Assembly: GCA_964658305.1 (NCBI GenBank)
Contig: OZ210885.1
Location: forward strand, 13,950,001-14,014,000
DNA: 64,000 bases
DNA from: Leptogorgia sarmentosa
Lineage: Eukaryota
Reading direction: 5' to 3'
The notes below the pieces were generated by a model, which was given only the letters and a program-made list of their open reading frames with translations, did not search any database and was not told where the DNA came from. The translations under genes and the position numbers were made by a program. The stretch's first letter is position 1. Every line of letters begins with the position of its first letter. Below, piece after piece: positions 22,401 to 33,836 of the stretch.

Positions 22401-24859
22401 GTATAGCCAAGTTCACGCCGCAGTATTATTATGCAAAACTCTGTATTCTTTGTTGCAACTATTTACCACCCACCTGACTATGAGTACAATGAGCAAGACC
22501 TTATCGAATTCCTTATTGACTCGTGCGAACAAGTATTGTTATCCAAACCGAATTCAAATATAATAATTGCTGGTGACATTAACAATTTAAATATTCGATC
22601 TGTTCTTAATCAACTTCCATTTACCCAAATCGTTAAGACCCCTACGAGAGGGCTTAAAATATTAGATGTCTTTATTACAAATGTCCCAAACTATTGGAAT
22701 TCTGTTAAAGTTGTAAAAAGCTTGGTGAGATCCGACCATGATATGGTTATCACATACCCCCGAAACACAGTTAAAGCAATAAGGACAAATTCCTATTTCA
22801 GAGATGTGAGACAATATCATCAATTGAATATGCTTTGTGAACTTGAATCTATTGATTGGAACACCGTAATTATGAATAGTCACAATCTAGACGAGATAAC
22901 CCTAAAATTTTATGAGATAATATGGCCAAAATTCGATAAAAGCTTTCCATTAATTAAGGTAAGAACGTCATCACGAGATCCTCCATTCATGTCTCCTCTT
23001 GTGAACCACCTTCTCAATCAAAGGAAAAGAGCCATACAAAACGGAAACTGAAGCAAATACACGATTGCAAGAAAAAATCAACAAGCTAATTCGGGAAAAT
23101 CAATTAAGCGCAGTCAAACAAGAGTTTGGAAATCAGAAAACTGGATCGAAAAGTTGGTGGTCTAACGTAAATAGCATTACCTCGAGAAAAAAGAAACATG
23201 ATGTATCTGTAAGTGCCTCTCTCAACCCTCGTGAAATTAACAAATATTTTCAAAGTGTGAACACAGATCCAAATTATACGACTCCCGAGCCTCTCCAAAT
23301 CTCCGAAGGAACAAGAATTCCTTCGTTGTCAATTCATGAAGTTCGACATTTTCTACTGAATCAAAAACGCTCTTCATCGGGTCCGGACAATCTGCCACAT
23401 TGGTTTTGGAAATCGTTTGCTATTGAATTAGCTCCCATTGTCACAGAAATTTTTAACATGTCACTAAAAACCAGCAAGGTACCCCAGAAATGGAAATCCG
23501 CTAATTTATTACCACTCCCTAAAGAATCACCATTAAATTCGTGCAACCAATTAAGACCAATCTCTCCAACTGACATCATCATGAGACTATTCGAGAAGTG
23601 CGTGTATAAATCTGAAATCGCACCCGCCACAAGAAATAACATTGGTCCTGACCAATTCGCTTATAAAAAGGGTCACAACTCGACTATGGCCCTGATTAAA
23701 TCCCAACATCAATGGCTAGAGTGGCTGGATAAAAACGCTAATTATGTTAGAGTGCTATCCTTCGATTTCAGCAAAGCATTTGACAGTGTGCCCCACAATC
23801 TTTTGTTTGAAAAAGTTAAAAAGCTACCCATTAATCCGTATGTGGTGAACTGGTTAATTAGCTTTCTAGAAAACAGAACACAAAGAGTAATGGTTGATGG
23901 AATTGCCACAGAATACTTACATATTAATCGTGGTGTGCCTCAAGGCACCGTTTTAGGTCCAGTTCTTTTCTCAATAATGGTCGATGATATTAAAACTGCT
24001 GATCCTAGTAACGCGTTAGTCAAATTTGCTGATGATTTGACGTTAGGAGTGCCTGGTAACGATAGTGGTGACACATCTCGATCTGAAGCTGCCTGCTTAC
24101 AGGATTGGGCGGAAGAGAATAGAATGCCCCTAAACTTGGAAAAAACGTACGAAATGGTTGTTCGCAGAGACACCTCTGTAGTTTTGCCTGAGCATATTCC
24201 TTCAATTAAGCGAAAAACATGGTTAAAGCTTTTAGGAGTTACTCTACAAGATAATCCGTGCAACTGGGATTTGCACTTCAAAGAAATCCTAAAAAAAGCA
24301 AACGGACGAATGTACATTATGAGAGTCTGCAAATACTATGGACTATCAATTAAACAATCAGATCTGCTGTTTGATAGCCTAATTATGTCGGTATTTACTT
24401 TTGCTATAGAACTGTGAGGTTGTGCATATGACGGTAAATATTTGAATCAAATAGACAAATTCATTAAACGTGCACATAGGAATGGTTATATCTCAAAACG
24501 AACACACATTAAAGAAATACGTGATAAGAGAGATAAGAAAATGTGGAACAAAATAACATCAACTGAAGACAATGCATTGCGTGAACTGCTGCCGGAAAAA
24601 AGAAATAGGTTACTTAGGCCTAGAGGGCATGAGTACGAACTCCCCCTAGTGAGAACAGAAAGATTCAAAAGGTCGTTTATAAATCGCTGTCTGTATAACT
24701 TTGTTTAAACTTTAATGTATCAAAACTTTTTATAACTTTTTACGATTCTTAACATACATTGTAAATATAACTATCTAGATCAATTATCTCTTGATTGTAA
24801 ACTCAGACGGATGTATCTGAGTATTTTAATAGACTATTATTATTATTATTATTATTATT
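22401..24859 (+). mobile_element. 5'-truncated L2/CR1-group LINE (APE + RT) with (ATT)n tail
   Basis: IAGDIN, SDH (ORF 22431-23051); DFSKAFD, GVPQGTVLGP, KFADD (ORF 23065-24417); tail (TAT)n 24835-24859. Confidence 0.85.
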
Positions 24860-25171
24860 GTCATTCGCGAATCGGTCGCGGAGCCTGCGAACCAAGGTAG
24901 GTCGGGGAAAAGCGCCACGTGCGCCCTCCAAAAAATCACCGCAAATGCGTGGAGAACACGCGTGCGTCGCGAGAAGTTTCGCGCGTGCAGCCGAGTTAAT
25001 TAGCAGCGCACAAAGAATTGATTGTACGCGTCATCACACATGCCACAACGTTTGCGGCTCGTTTCGCTTGCGATTTCGCGGCCGCGGCTGCTGATGGCGG
25101 CGCGAAGGAGGACCGCATTTTTTCACCTTGCTTTTCTCGCTTAAAAGATGGCGTGAAACGGCGAAGAAGGC

Positions 25172-25198
25172 ATCGCTTCTCGGCCTTTTGGCTAAGTT
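25172..25198 (+). ncRNA. U2: U2 snRNA 5' fragment (nt 1-27, A26T)
   Basis: ATCGCTTCTCGGCCTTTTGGCTAAGTT. Confidence 0.92.
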
Positions 25199-25267
25199 GT
25201 TTTGACAGTTGGTGGTCTTGCTGCCGAAGTCTGATTGCTGCTGAAGAAGATTTCCTTGCTGTGGCGC

Positions 25268-25490
25268 TGTCCAGTTTCGTGGTCCTGTCCAGTTTCGTGG
25301 TCCTGTCCTGTTGGTCGTTCCTGTGCTGTTCAGTCCGTTCCTGTGCTGTTCAGTCCGTTCCTGTGCTGTTCAGTCCGTTCCTGTGCTGTTTTCCTGTGCT
25401 GTTCCCTTCCTGTGCTGTGTGCTGTCCAGTCCGTTCCTGTGTTGTCTTCCTGTGGTGTCCATCCCTGTGCTGTCCAGTCCGTTCCTTTGG
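25268..25490 (+). repeat. ~20-bp tandem repeat (CAGTCCGTTCCTGTGCTGTT) in family C 5' UTR
   Basis: Direct repeats; fewer units in the second C copy (~38460-38560). Confidence 0.8.
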
Positions 25491-25650
25491 TTCGTGTCGG
25501 TCAGTTCAGGCCTCCTTGGCTTCGGCCTTGGTGGTACACCGCCTGGCTGTGCCTTTCTGCGAGGCCCTCTAGGGGGAATCGTTAGGACAGGCTCCTTTTT
25601 CCTTTCCTTTTCAGAGGGATTCGTTCCTCTTTTCTGCTTCCCTTCCTGTT

Positions 25651-26081
25651 CGAGACTGGGTTCCCGTTTTAGTTAGTTTTCGAGACTCGGTTCTCGGTTT
25701 AATTAAGTGTGTGTTCGAGACTTGGTTCTCGGTTTAGTTAGTTTTCGAGACTCGGTTCTCGGTTAAGCTAATTTAGTCTGCGAGACTTGGTTCTCGCTTA
25801 AGTTAAGTGTGTGTTCGAGACTCGGTTCTCGGTTTAGCTAGTTTTCGAGACTTGGTTCTCGGGTTAAGCCAACTTGGTAGTCGAGACTTGGTTCTCGAGT
25901 TAACTACAGTGTGTTTTCGAGAGTTGGTTCTCGGCCTAGTTAATTTAGTATTTTCGAGACTTGGTTCTCGGCCTAGTTAATTTAGTATTTTCGAGACTTG
26001 GTTCTCGGTCTATAGCTTGCGAGACTTGGTTCTCGTCTTAAGCCTTTTTTTCTCTTCCCTTTTTCGAGACTTTGGTTCTCG
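25651..26081 (+). repeat. 13 spaced hairpin repeats CGAGACTYGGTTCTCG in family C 5' UTR
   Basis: Units start at 25651, 25681, 25716, 25746, 25781, 25816, 25846, 25882, 25918, 25955, 25992, 26020, 26065. Confidence 0.9.
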
Positions 26082-26139
26082 AATGAAATTTAGTATATAA
26101 AATAATAATAGTATAGTATAGTAATATTGTGTGGTGAGG

Positions 26140-27345
26140 ATGATTCCTCACGTCAATCGCACCTGCGATGTCACCATTTCTTCCAACATCGAGGCGCATA
26201 GAGTCAACGCAAAGGAGGTCATCGATGAGTTCAGAGGGCAAGTCGATGATTATACTTCTGTGTTTGAGGCTATCGTAATGATGGCCCCTGGCCGCTTCCG
26301 TGTTACCTTTAAGGGTGCATGGAAGATGGAAGCTGCCGAGCACTCGAGTTTAACCGTGCGGGGCTTCCCTGTTGCATCCTGGCCTGTGTCCAGATACACC
26401 TGGGTCAATATTACCCGCCTGTCCTACGGGGTCCCGGATGAAGAGATCTCCAAAGTCCTCAGTGGTTTTGGAGAAATCTGCAAAATAACATCCGAGGTAT
26501 ATTCTCATATTTATACTGGCGTCAGGCATGCGCTAATGGAGATAAAAAATCCCATTCCTTTTCGCATGCGAATTGCCAGCCACTGGTGCTTTGTGCATCA
26601 TAAGGGCCAAAAACGCCTCTGTTTCGGGTGCGGACAGGAAGGCCACAATCGGTCGTCTTGCCCCACTCTTTCTCGGCCTGCTGTTGAGGGGTCAGCACAG
26701 GCTCGAAATGAACCACCGGGTAGTGAGGTACGGCCCATGGTGGGCCAAGAGAATGTGCAGGTTCGGGAGACCATGGCCAAATTGTTGGATACGGTGTCCT
26801 CTGAGCCTCGCACGACCTCCGGAAGTTCGGGCAGCGCCCCTTCTTCGGATTTGCCTCTTGCTCCATCTGGAGCTAGTGAGTCCCCGACACCAGAGGCAAG
26901 TGGTTCTTTACCCAATGAACGTTCACGTTCTCCTCTCCGCAAAAATTCTCACGTGGAGAGTGAAGATGCATCTTCGTGCAAAGTGCCCCCTGCGACCATC
27001 CAACCAGAGGTCGAGCATTCTGAAGGTCTATTACCTGAGAATGTTCCCCTGCCGGAGGATGAGGGACCATATATCCCCTTCTTAACGGTCGGCACTCCCT
27101 CTCTTGAGGGAATGTCCGACTTTGATGTAATTGTTGATGGCTCGATTTCAGACATCGGAAACGAATTATCGGACTCCCTTTTAACTCCTTTTGCCCAGGC
27201 TGGTGCTAGCTCTTCTACTGCAGCTCGCCCCTTGAATCTTTTCGGACCAGAAGTAAATGACGCTTCTGAAGAAACTCTTTTTCCACAGCGCCCTTTTCCA
27301 AAAAGCGGTGCCCCTTCCGATGATGGGTTGGATAGTTGCTTTTAG
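26140..27345 (+). CDS. Family C ORF1 with CCHC knuckle
   Basis: MIPHVNRT, ITRLSYGVP, CFGCGQEGHNRSSC; ATG at 26140 preferred over upstream GTG. Confidence 0.85.
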   Translation: MIPHVNRTCDVTISSNIEAHRVNAKEVIDEFRGQVDDYTSVFEAIVMMAPGRFRVTFKGAWKMEAAEHSSLTVRGFPVASWPVSRYTWVNITRLSYGVPDEEISKVLSGFGEICKITSEVYSHIYTGVRHALMEIKNPIPFRMRIASHWCFVHHKGQKRLCFGCGQEGHNRSSCPTLSRPAVEGSAQARNEPPGSEVRPMVGQENVQVRETMAKLLDTVSSEPRTTSGSSGSAPSSDLPLAPSGASESPTPEASGSLPNERSRSPLRKNSHVESEDASSCKVPPATIQPEVEHSEGLLPENVPLPEDEGPYIPFLTVGTPSLEGMSDFDVIVDGSISDIGNELSDSLLTPFAQAGASSSTAARPLNLFGPEVNDASEETLFPQRPFPKSGAPSDDGLDSCF

Positions 27346-27461
27346 CAAGCTTCTTGCTAACATCGTAACATAGTAAAATAGTAATATAGTAAAATAGTAA
27401 AATAATAACATAGTAATAATAGAAAAGTAATAGAATTGTATAGTTCATCTCCCAAACAATT

Positions 27462-30260
27462 ATGATGGATAAGCAACAATTATCTCTCATAACGTTAAAT
27501 ATTCAGGGATTGCGTAATCCCCGAAATTGGAAAACCTTTTTCTCCTGGCTTAATTGTGCCAAGCCAGATATCATAGCACTTCAAGAGACACATTGTCGAT
27601 CGGTTGAAGAGTTTCAATCCTGGCTAGCTACTGAGTCACGTGAAAATAATAATCTGCAACATTATCTCGTAGAATCTTCTCCAGGCTCTATATGTAGTGC
27701 CGGGGTTGCATTACTTTATAAGCCTAGTTTTAAAATTGAGAAAGTCGCCAAAGACTCCGACGGCCTACTTATAGTAGCCTGCTTTAAGCACATCAACCTG
27801 GAATCTGTGTTTCCGGTTGTAAATATCTACGGTCCAAACCAAAAAAATGCAGGTATAGATTTTTTTGCTTCCTTACAACAGAAGATCGATCCAGCCCTTC
27901 CCACGATTTTGTGTGGGGATTTCAATGTCGCGGTTGATCCGCAGGTCGACCGTTTGGGATGCAATCCAGATTCTTCCTGGGCCTATAGCTGGCCTGCACC
28001 TCTTTCGTCTTTAACTAATAGGTGTGATCTAGTTGACACCTGGCGTTTACACCATCCAAATGAGCGAGCATATACATGGCGACGAGCCAATGGATCCCAG
28101 GCATCCAGATTGGATATGTTTTGGATTTCTTCTTCCTTGCACGAGGATGTTTCCAAGGTGTCTATCCTTCCTTTTTTCTGTTCAGATCATTCGTACGTTT
28201 TTCTCCGAGTGGCCTTTCCGGCTTTGCCTGAACGAGGTCCGGGGGTGTGGAAACTGAATACCTCATTGTTGCGCGATGAAACTCTGTACACAGAGGTCCG
28301 TTATTTTTGGGTTTCGTGGCGGTCTGAAAAAGCTTCCTTTCCGTCCTTGGCCGTTTGGTGGGATGCGGGCAAGGCTCGTTTGAAGGATAAGATTCGTCAT
28401 TTTTCTCGTGGCAAGGCTAAGTCACGGCGGTCAAACGTATATAATTTAGAAACAACCCTAGAACATCTTCACCGGCGGAAAGCCAACGGTGATGATGTAG
28501 CTCACCTTATAAAAGATACTAAGGATAAACTCGAACTCAAACATCTACATGCAGCGGAAGGCGCGCGCATTCGAAGCAAAGAGCAGTGGGCAGAGGAAGG
28601 TGAAACTTCTTCTGCCTTTTTCTTCCGACAGGAGAAAGCGAGGGCATCACGCCGTTTATTTACAGGCATTCGTGACGCACGCGGCACTATAGTAAGATCT
28701 GTTTCCGCGATTTTACGGGTTTGGTGCCTTTTATATGTTCAACTTTTTTCTGCTTCTCTTTTATTTCTCCCCCCAGATGAGTCTTTTTACATCAATAGTT
28801 TAGATAAATCTCTTTCTTCTCAGGAAGCCCAGCTTTGTGAAGGAGAGGTCACATTAACTGAATGCCAACGAGCTTTGAATTCCTTCAAGCGCAATAAGTC
28901 TCCGGGTCTTGATGGTTTGCCATACGAGTTTTACCAGTTCTTCTGGGACATATTAGGACCTGATCTAGTTGCAGTATATAATAATTGCATGGCACGGGGT
29001 GCCCTTTCTTTTTCACAGAGAACTGGGTTAATCTCGCTTCTCTTTAAGAAAAATGACCGCTTGGACGTCAAGAATTGGCAGCCTATTTCCATTTTATGTA
29101 CAGATTATAAAATTCTATCTAAGGTGCTCACCAATCGCCTTAAAGTAGTACTATCTTCTGTTATCTCAGAATCACAAGCTTGTGGTGTTTCTGGCCGGTT
29201 TTCCGGGCTGAATGTCAGGACATTGCAAGATGTAGTTAATTTTTGTAATCGGAACAATACTGGAAAGGCTATTATTTCTTTAGATCAAGAGAAGGCTTTT
29301 GATCGGGTTGACTGGGGGTTTATGTTACACACTTTGGAAAAGATGCATTTTGGTCCATGCTTTTGTGCATGGGTTAAACTCCTGTTTCCAAATGTTCAAT
29401 GGAGAGACCATTAAAATTTTCCAATATGCCGACGACACTTCAATTATTGTTCACTCTGAGCAGGCCCTGCAGTCGCTCTTTTCTCTTTTTGGAAAATACG
29501 AACGAGCGTCTGGTGCAAAATTAAATATAGCTAAAAGCCATGGTCTTCTTTTTGGATCCTGGAAGAATAGAGTTGACCTACCTGTACAGCTCAATTGGTC
29601 CAGTGACACCATAACTGTGTTGGGGTGTCGGGTTGCCAATGTAGAATCTGCCGACTGGGCCTCTCTAGTAGCGAAATTAGAACAGCAATTGTCGATATGG
29701 AAACAGCGTCAGTTGTCCTTTAGGGACCGAGTGCTAATTGTAAATACCCTCTTGGCTCTTCAGGTACCAAGCGACAATTTTTGATCTGCCAAAAATGACC
29801 ATAGCCAAAATCAACAAAATAATTTTTCCTTTTGTTTGGGGGAAAAAGCGCGAATGGATGGCACGTACATCCGTGGTCCAGCCCATCGGAGACGGTAGAT
29901 TAAACATTGTAGACATATCAAATAAGATCTTGTCCATTCGTGCCGCTTGGCTCCGTCGCTTTTTTGCCAACCACATTTTGTGGTGCGCATGAGAGTTTGC
30001 TTCACCTTTTTACCTCTTGCCCCTTTTCGAACTCCGTCCTTGACTGGTTACAGTCAATCCTCAAGAAATATCAACCGAATGCTCCTCCGATACCAGTAAA
30101 CAACATCCTATTTGGATTCGTGTCCCTGACCCGTGTCCGTTTTTCAGCCCTGCTGGGTGTGCTTCGACACCATATTTGGTTAAGTCATATTTAGTTAAGC
30201 CAGCGTTTCGACCATAAAGCCCCATATGTCAACTCCTCACTGAAGAAAGCAAAAACCACC
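27462..30260 (+). pseudogene. Family C ORF2, deleted within and after RT
   Basis: Open 27462-29414 (APE + RT N-half), then deletions relative to 40542-44093. Confidence 0.85.
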
Positions 30261-30759
30261 TTTACTGGTTGTACTGTCGTCGCCTTCTGGACGCTTTTGT
30301 TTTTTGTCTCGTTGTCTTGGACTGGACAGCACATTTGTTTTTATGTTTAATGTTGATTTGTATTGTCCTCCCTTGAAGATCTGGCGGTCGCCTTTATTGG
30401 TTGTACTGCCTGTATCGGATTGGGTTGTTTGTTTGTTTCAATTTTTGTGGTTCGCTTGGATTTGTTCCGAGCGGGTTGCACAGGTGTTGATCTAGGGGTT
30501 GCTGCTCATGTTGTAATCGCCTAGCTTAACATCATCATCTGACCATTTCACCATCATTAGGTTAGGGATCCCTGGGCGTGAAGGTGGATAGCACCAGATC
30601 GTTGAGGCCACTCACGGTTGCATCATGGCACGGGGAGGGGCTCACGACCCCTGTCGATCCGCGTCACCTGTAGTGAATCCCCTGGGTGCGGCGATTTGTT
30701 TGGATCCAGGCTCCATTGCACCGTCGGAGACGACAAGCCCATCGTCGTTCAACTCAAAA

Positions 30760-30926
30760 TAAGATCAAGTGTAGTATCTGTTCTTATCAGCTTAATATCT
30801 GATATGTTAGGCAATGTCCTAACTCATATATTAAACTGATTTTTGGACCTCGGCCATGGGATTGAAGCCTGCTTCGCCCTGGCCATGGGTTGTCTCGGTA
30901 TTGCACTACCTCCGAGTACGGCCCAC
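30760..30926 (+). ncRNA. U2: U2 snRNA 3' portion (nt 22 to ~188)
   Basis: Near-identical to the other U2 3' portions. Confidence 0.95.
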
Positions 30927-31376
30927 TTTCCCCAATTTCATTATTGGGGGAAGATTTCTCTCACTATCAGTTCAAAATTCTAACAAACTATTCTTGTCTT
31001 ACAGATCATCGCCGGGATCCGGCATTTCGTGGCAGGAGATACGTATACATGGCGTATTCAGTGCCATATTCAGTGCGGATGACGGACCACGAATTATACT
31101 TGCATGGTAAGCAGCCTAACACATTCATGTTATAATAGTCTTGGGTAGCTCGCTCGTTGGCCAACAAAGCAGCATCGCTGTTCATGAGATTTACATTCTC
31201 TGATTTTTTTGTAAACTCGTATTGAATATGCAGGTTGAGAATTGTCGGAACGTGCAAACACGGTGCAGTCCGAGAGATCGATCGATCCATACATCGACAG
31301 ACAAACTCATCCCCATGCATTTGTTCCACAAGCATTCCACAAGCGTATAAAAGGTAATCGTATGCGCCATGAAGTC

Positions 31377-31393
31377 ATACTTACCTGACGCAA
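31377..31393 (+). ncRNA. U1: U1 snRNA 5' fragment (nt 1-17)
   Basis: ATACTTACCTGACGCAA. Confidence 0.9.
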
Positions 31394-32030
31394 CCGTCTT
31401 TGTCGTGTCAGGTTCTTCACCCTTGCAGTAGAGGATCTATGCTCAGGAACACGGACCTGTAACTCTGCTCGCAAGGTTTACTACTAGCTGCAGTTCTTTT
31501 TTGCAGACACGCCTTTTTCTTTGTTCTGTCTTCCCGCTGTCTGGCCGGCCTACTAGGTGTCAAGGTAGCAGTTAGTCCTTTCTTTTTCTCTTGGGCTGCT
31601 TCTCTTGTTCTTCGGAACTCGAGTGGTAGCCTTTCCTGCTGTTTGTTGCGCGGTTAGCACGCGACACAGCATAGGGCCGCCCATTACAGTGTTTTTACTT
31701 GTTTATTAGGTAGTGGGTAATAGCTCTTCTTGTGTGTGACCTGTCGAGGAGTCTGTTTGGGGACTACTCAAAGGTCGGTGGTCTTTTTAGGTTCTTTTTT
31801 GCATTCGGTGTTGCGTATTGAGGTCGGTGGACCAACATATCCGTTCCCTGGCTCTTCTTCTTTAAAAAGGACCTTTCCACTTAGTTTTTTGATCCTTAGT
31901 GTGTGTGGGTCTTAATTTGTAGTACTTTTTAAGGCTCAATTTTCTTTGCCACTCGGGTCTTACCTGTTTTGGCAGTATTGATTAGGATCAATTTGGTTTG
32001 TTTAAGTAATTAATAGTAATTTATTATAGT

Positions 32031-33836
32031 ATGTCTGTCCCAACTGTATTTAGTCAGGAGGACTTTGCGAAATGGAACCAGACCACGTCTGTGTTTCTCT
32101 TGCCAAAGAAACTGGTTGGCAAATCCAAAGTCCCCCAGTTGCGGGCAGAACTAGTTAAGGCCATTGGGGAGAAGAGTGTGACTTGTGTTCAGGCTTTGCC
32201 TGGCATGAAATTTCGTGTGTGCTTTTCTTCTCCCGCCGTTCGAAGTAAGTTTGACATCAACGGCCTTAACTTTAGGGGCCTTACCATCACGCCCTTCCCG
32301 GCCTATGAGGAGGTCAAATCCGTTTTTGTGGATCGTGCGCCTCCCCAGATGCCGGACCAATATATTTATGACGCCTTGGCACCATACGGACGTGTTATCT
32401 CGGTGAAGCATTTAACCATCAAGGGCTTCCCGACCGTTCAATCTGGCACACGTATGGTGCAAATAGTTATCGCAAAGGCCATCCCAGCTGAAATTCGCGT
32501 GGTTGGATTTCAGCTGTCGTTCCGTTACCGCGGGCAGCCTCCAACTTGCTTTGCGTGCCAAGAGGTGGGGCACACTGCAAAGGACTGCCCAAAGTCATCA
32601 AAACGGCATGGCCGTAATCAACACCGAAATAGTGCTGGTAAACCACAGCCTACAGAGGCGGAGGACCGTAACAACCGGCCGGCTACGTCCGGCCTTTCTA
32701 AATCGTCCTCTGGCTCTCGCACTGGAGACCTTCGCGAGAAATTAACTCCGCAGGCCACTAACTCGGCAGTGCCCAAGGCCACCAGCAAGTCTAAGCCTAC
32801 AGAGGGTACGGCCAAAGACACAAACAAACCCTCCTCTTCTTCTTCTTCTCGCAAGGGTGACCTGCGTGAGAGGTTAACGAAGAAGACTAGCAAGCCGGTA
32901 CTGCCATCTGTTCCGGCTGTAGCGGATAAGGCCAAGGCTCCTCAGGCCAAGGGGGTTAATCCCCTATTAGTTTCGGCTAAGGAGAGCACCTTCTTGCCGG
33001 CCTCGTCCGGCCCTTCTAAATCGACCTCTTCTTCTCGCCCTAGAGACCTTCGGGAGAAGCTGAGGAAGAAGGTTCCCAAGGCCACCGAGCCGTCGGATGA
33101 CACCACAGTGACGCCTCCGACAGCGGAGCATTTGAAGCGCAAATCCTTTTATTTTGCGCTTCCAATACCCTACGCAAGCCCACGTCCCCTTGGCAAGTCA
33201 TCATCCAAGGCACCTAAGGGTGTTAGGGCCAACTCCACCAGGGATGCTCCTTTTTCCTCTTCCTCCTCGAGTAGTGAGGATGAAGAGGGTATCGTGTCCA
33301 AGAGGGTTTGCCAGTCCGCTCCTGCTCCTTCGACTCCGACCAATGTTAGTGTGTGGCCAGGGTTCACGAGCCCTTCTAGTCCAACTGCCACTCCAGAGGC
33401 CATGGAGGCAGAGGCTGACGTGGACAAATGTTTGAGCGGTGATACGGTCGTTGATCCGCTCATCGCTCAAGAATCTGCGCCTGCTCTTGACTCTGCTGAG
33501 CCAGTCGGATCCTCGGAGCATATGGATGATGCTCCCGTGCCTCCTCAGGCTGATGTGGAAGATGACGATAATGCTGCTTCGCAGGATCCTCCTGCAGTGG
33601 ATATCTTGTCTCAGCAGTCTGAGTCATCCCTCGATCTCTTCGAGGCACTGGCCGCCATTCATGAAGACTCACTGTCTCGTCTTCGCGATGATGTCAGTGA
33701 GGTTGGTGCATCGTCCACATGCACGACCTTCAGTGATCAGCTTCGTGCTGATCAACTCGAGGAGCTCCTTATTGGTGAGCTGCCCACATCTGGGACATCA
33801 GATTCTGATGGCGAGTCTGTTGTCCATCAATATTAA
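32031..33836 (+). CDS. Family B ORF1 (601 aa): RRM-like region, CCHC knuckle, long S/P/K-rich tail
   Basis: YRGQPPTCFACQEVGHTAKDC; uninterrupted. Confidence 0.9.
   Translation: MSVPTVFSQEDFAKWNQTTSVFLLPKKLVGKSKVPQLRAELVKAIGEKSVTCVQALPGMKFRVCFSSPAVRSKFDINGLNFRGLTITPFPAYEEVKSVFVDRAPPQMPDQYIYDALAPYGRVISVKHLTIKGFPTVQSGTRMVQIVIAKAIPAEIRVVGFQLSFRYRGQPPTCFACQEVGHTAKDCPKSSKRHGRNQHRNSAGKPQPTEAEDRNNRPATSGLSKSSSGSRTGDLREKLTPQATNSAVPKATSKSKPTEGTAKDTNKPSSSSSSRKGDLRERLTKKTSKPVLPSVPAVADKAKAPQAKGVNPLLVSAKESTFLPASSGPSKSTSSSRPRDLREKLRKKVPKATEPSDDTTVTPPTAEHLKRKSFYFALPIPYASPRPLGKSSSKAPKGVRANSTRDAPFSSSSSSSEDEEGIVSKRVCQSAPAPSTPTNVSVWPGFTSPSSPTATPEAMEAEADVDKCLSGDTVVDPLIAQESAPALDSAEPVGSSEHMDDAPVPPQADVEDDDNAASQDPPAVDILSQQSESSLDLFEALAAIHEDSLSRLRDDVSEVGASSTCTTFSDQLRADQLEELLIGELPTSGTSDSDGESVVHQY

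Larger units (their letters stand above)
25199..30759 (+). mobile_element. Tx1-clade family C copy 1, U2-inserted
   Basis: Starts GTTTTGACAG after U2 nt 27 and ends ...CAACTCAAAA before U2 nt 22; ORF2 has internal deletions. Confidence 0.9.

Noticed and set aside
25018..25676. Cys-rich ORFs of 116-184 aa (also 38340-38746)
   Set aside because: Translations of the U2 promoter, the U2 fragment and a 20-bp tandem repeat
25651..26081. CRISPR array
   Set aside because: Repeats are only 16 bp, spacers are short, T-rich and partly duplicated, there are no cas genes, and the array lies in a eukaryotic retrotransposon 5' UTR
33439..33807. ORF2 start at 33439 (1304 aa)
   Set aside because: Non-ATG start inside ORF1; APE homology begins at MASLLSININGL (33808)
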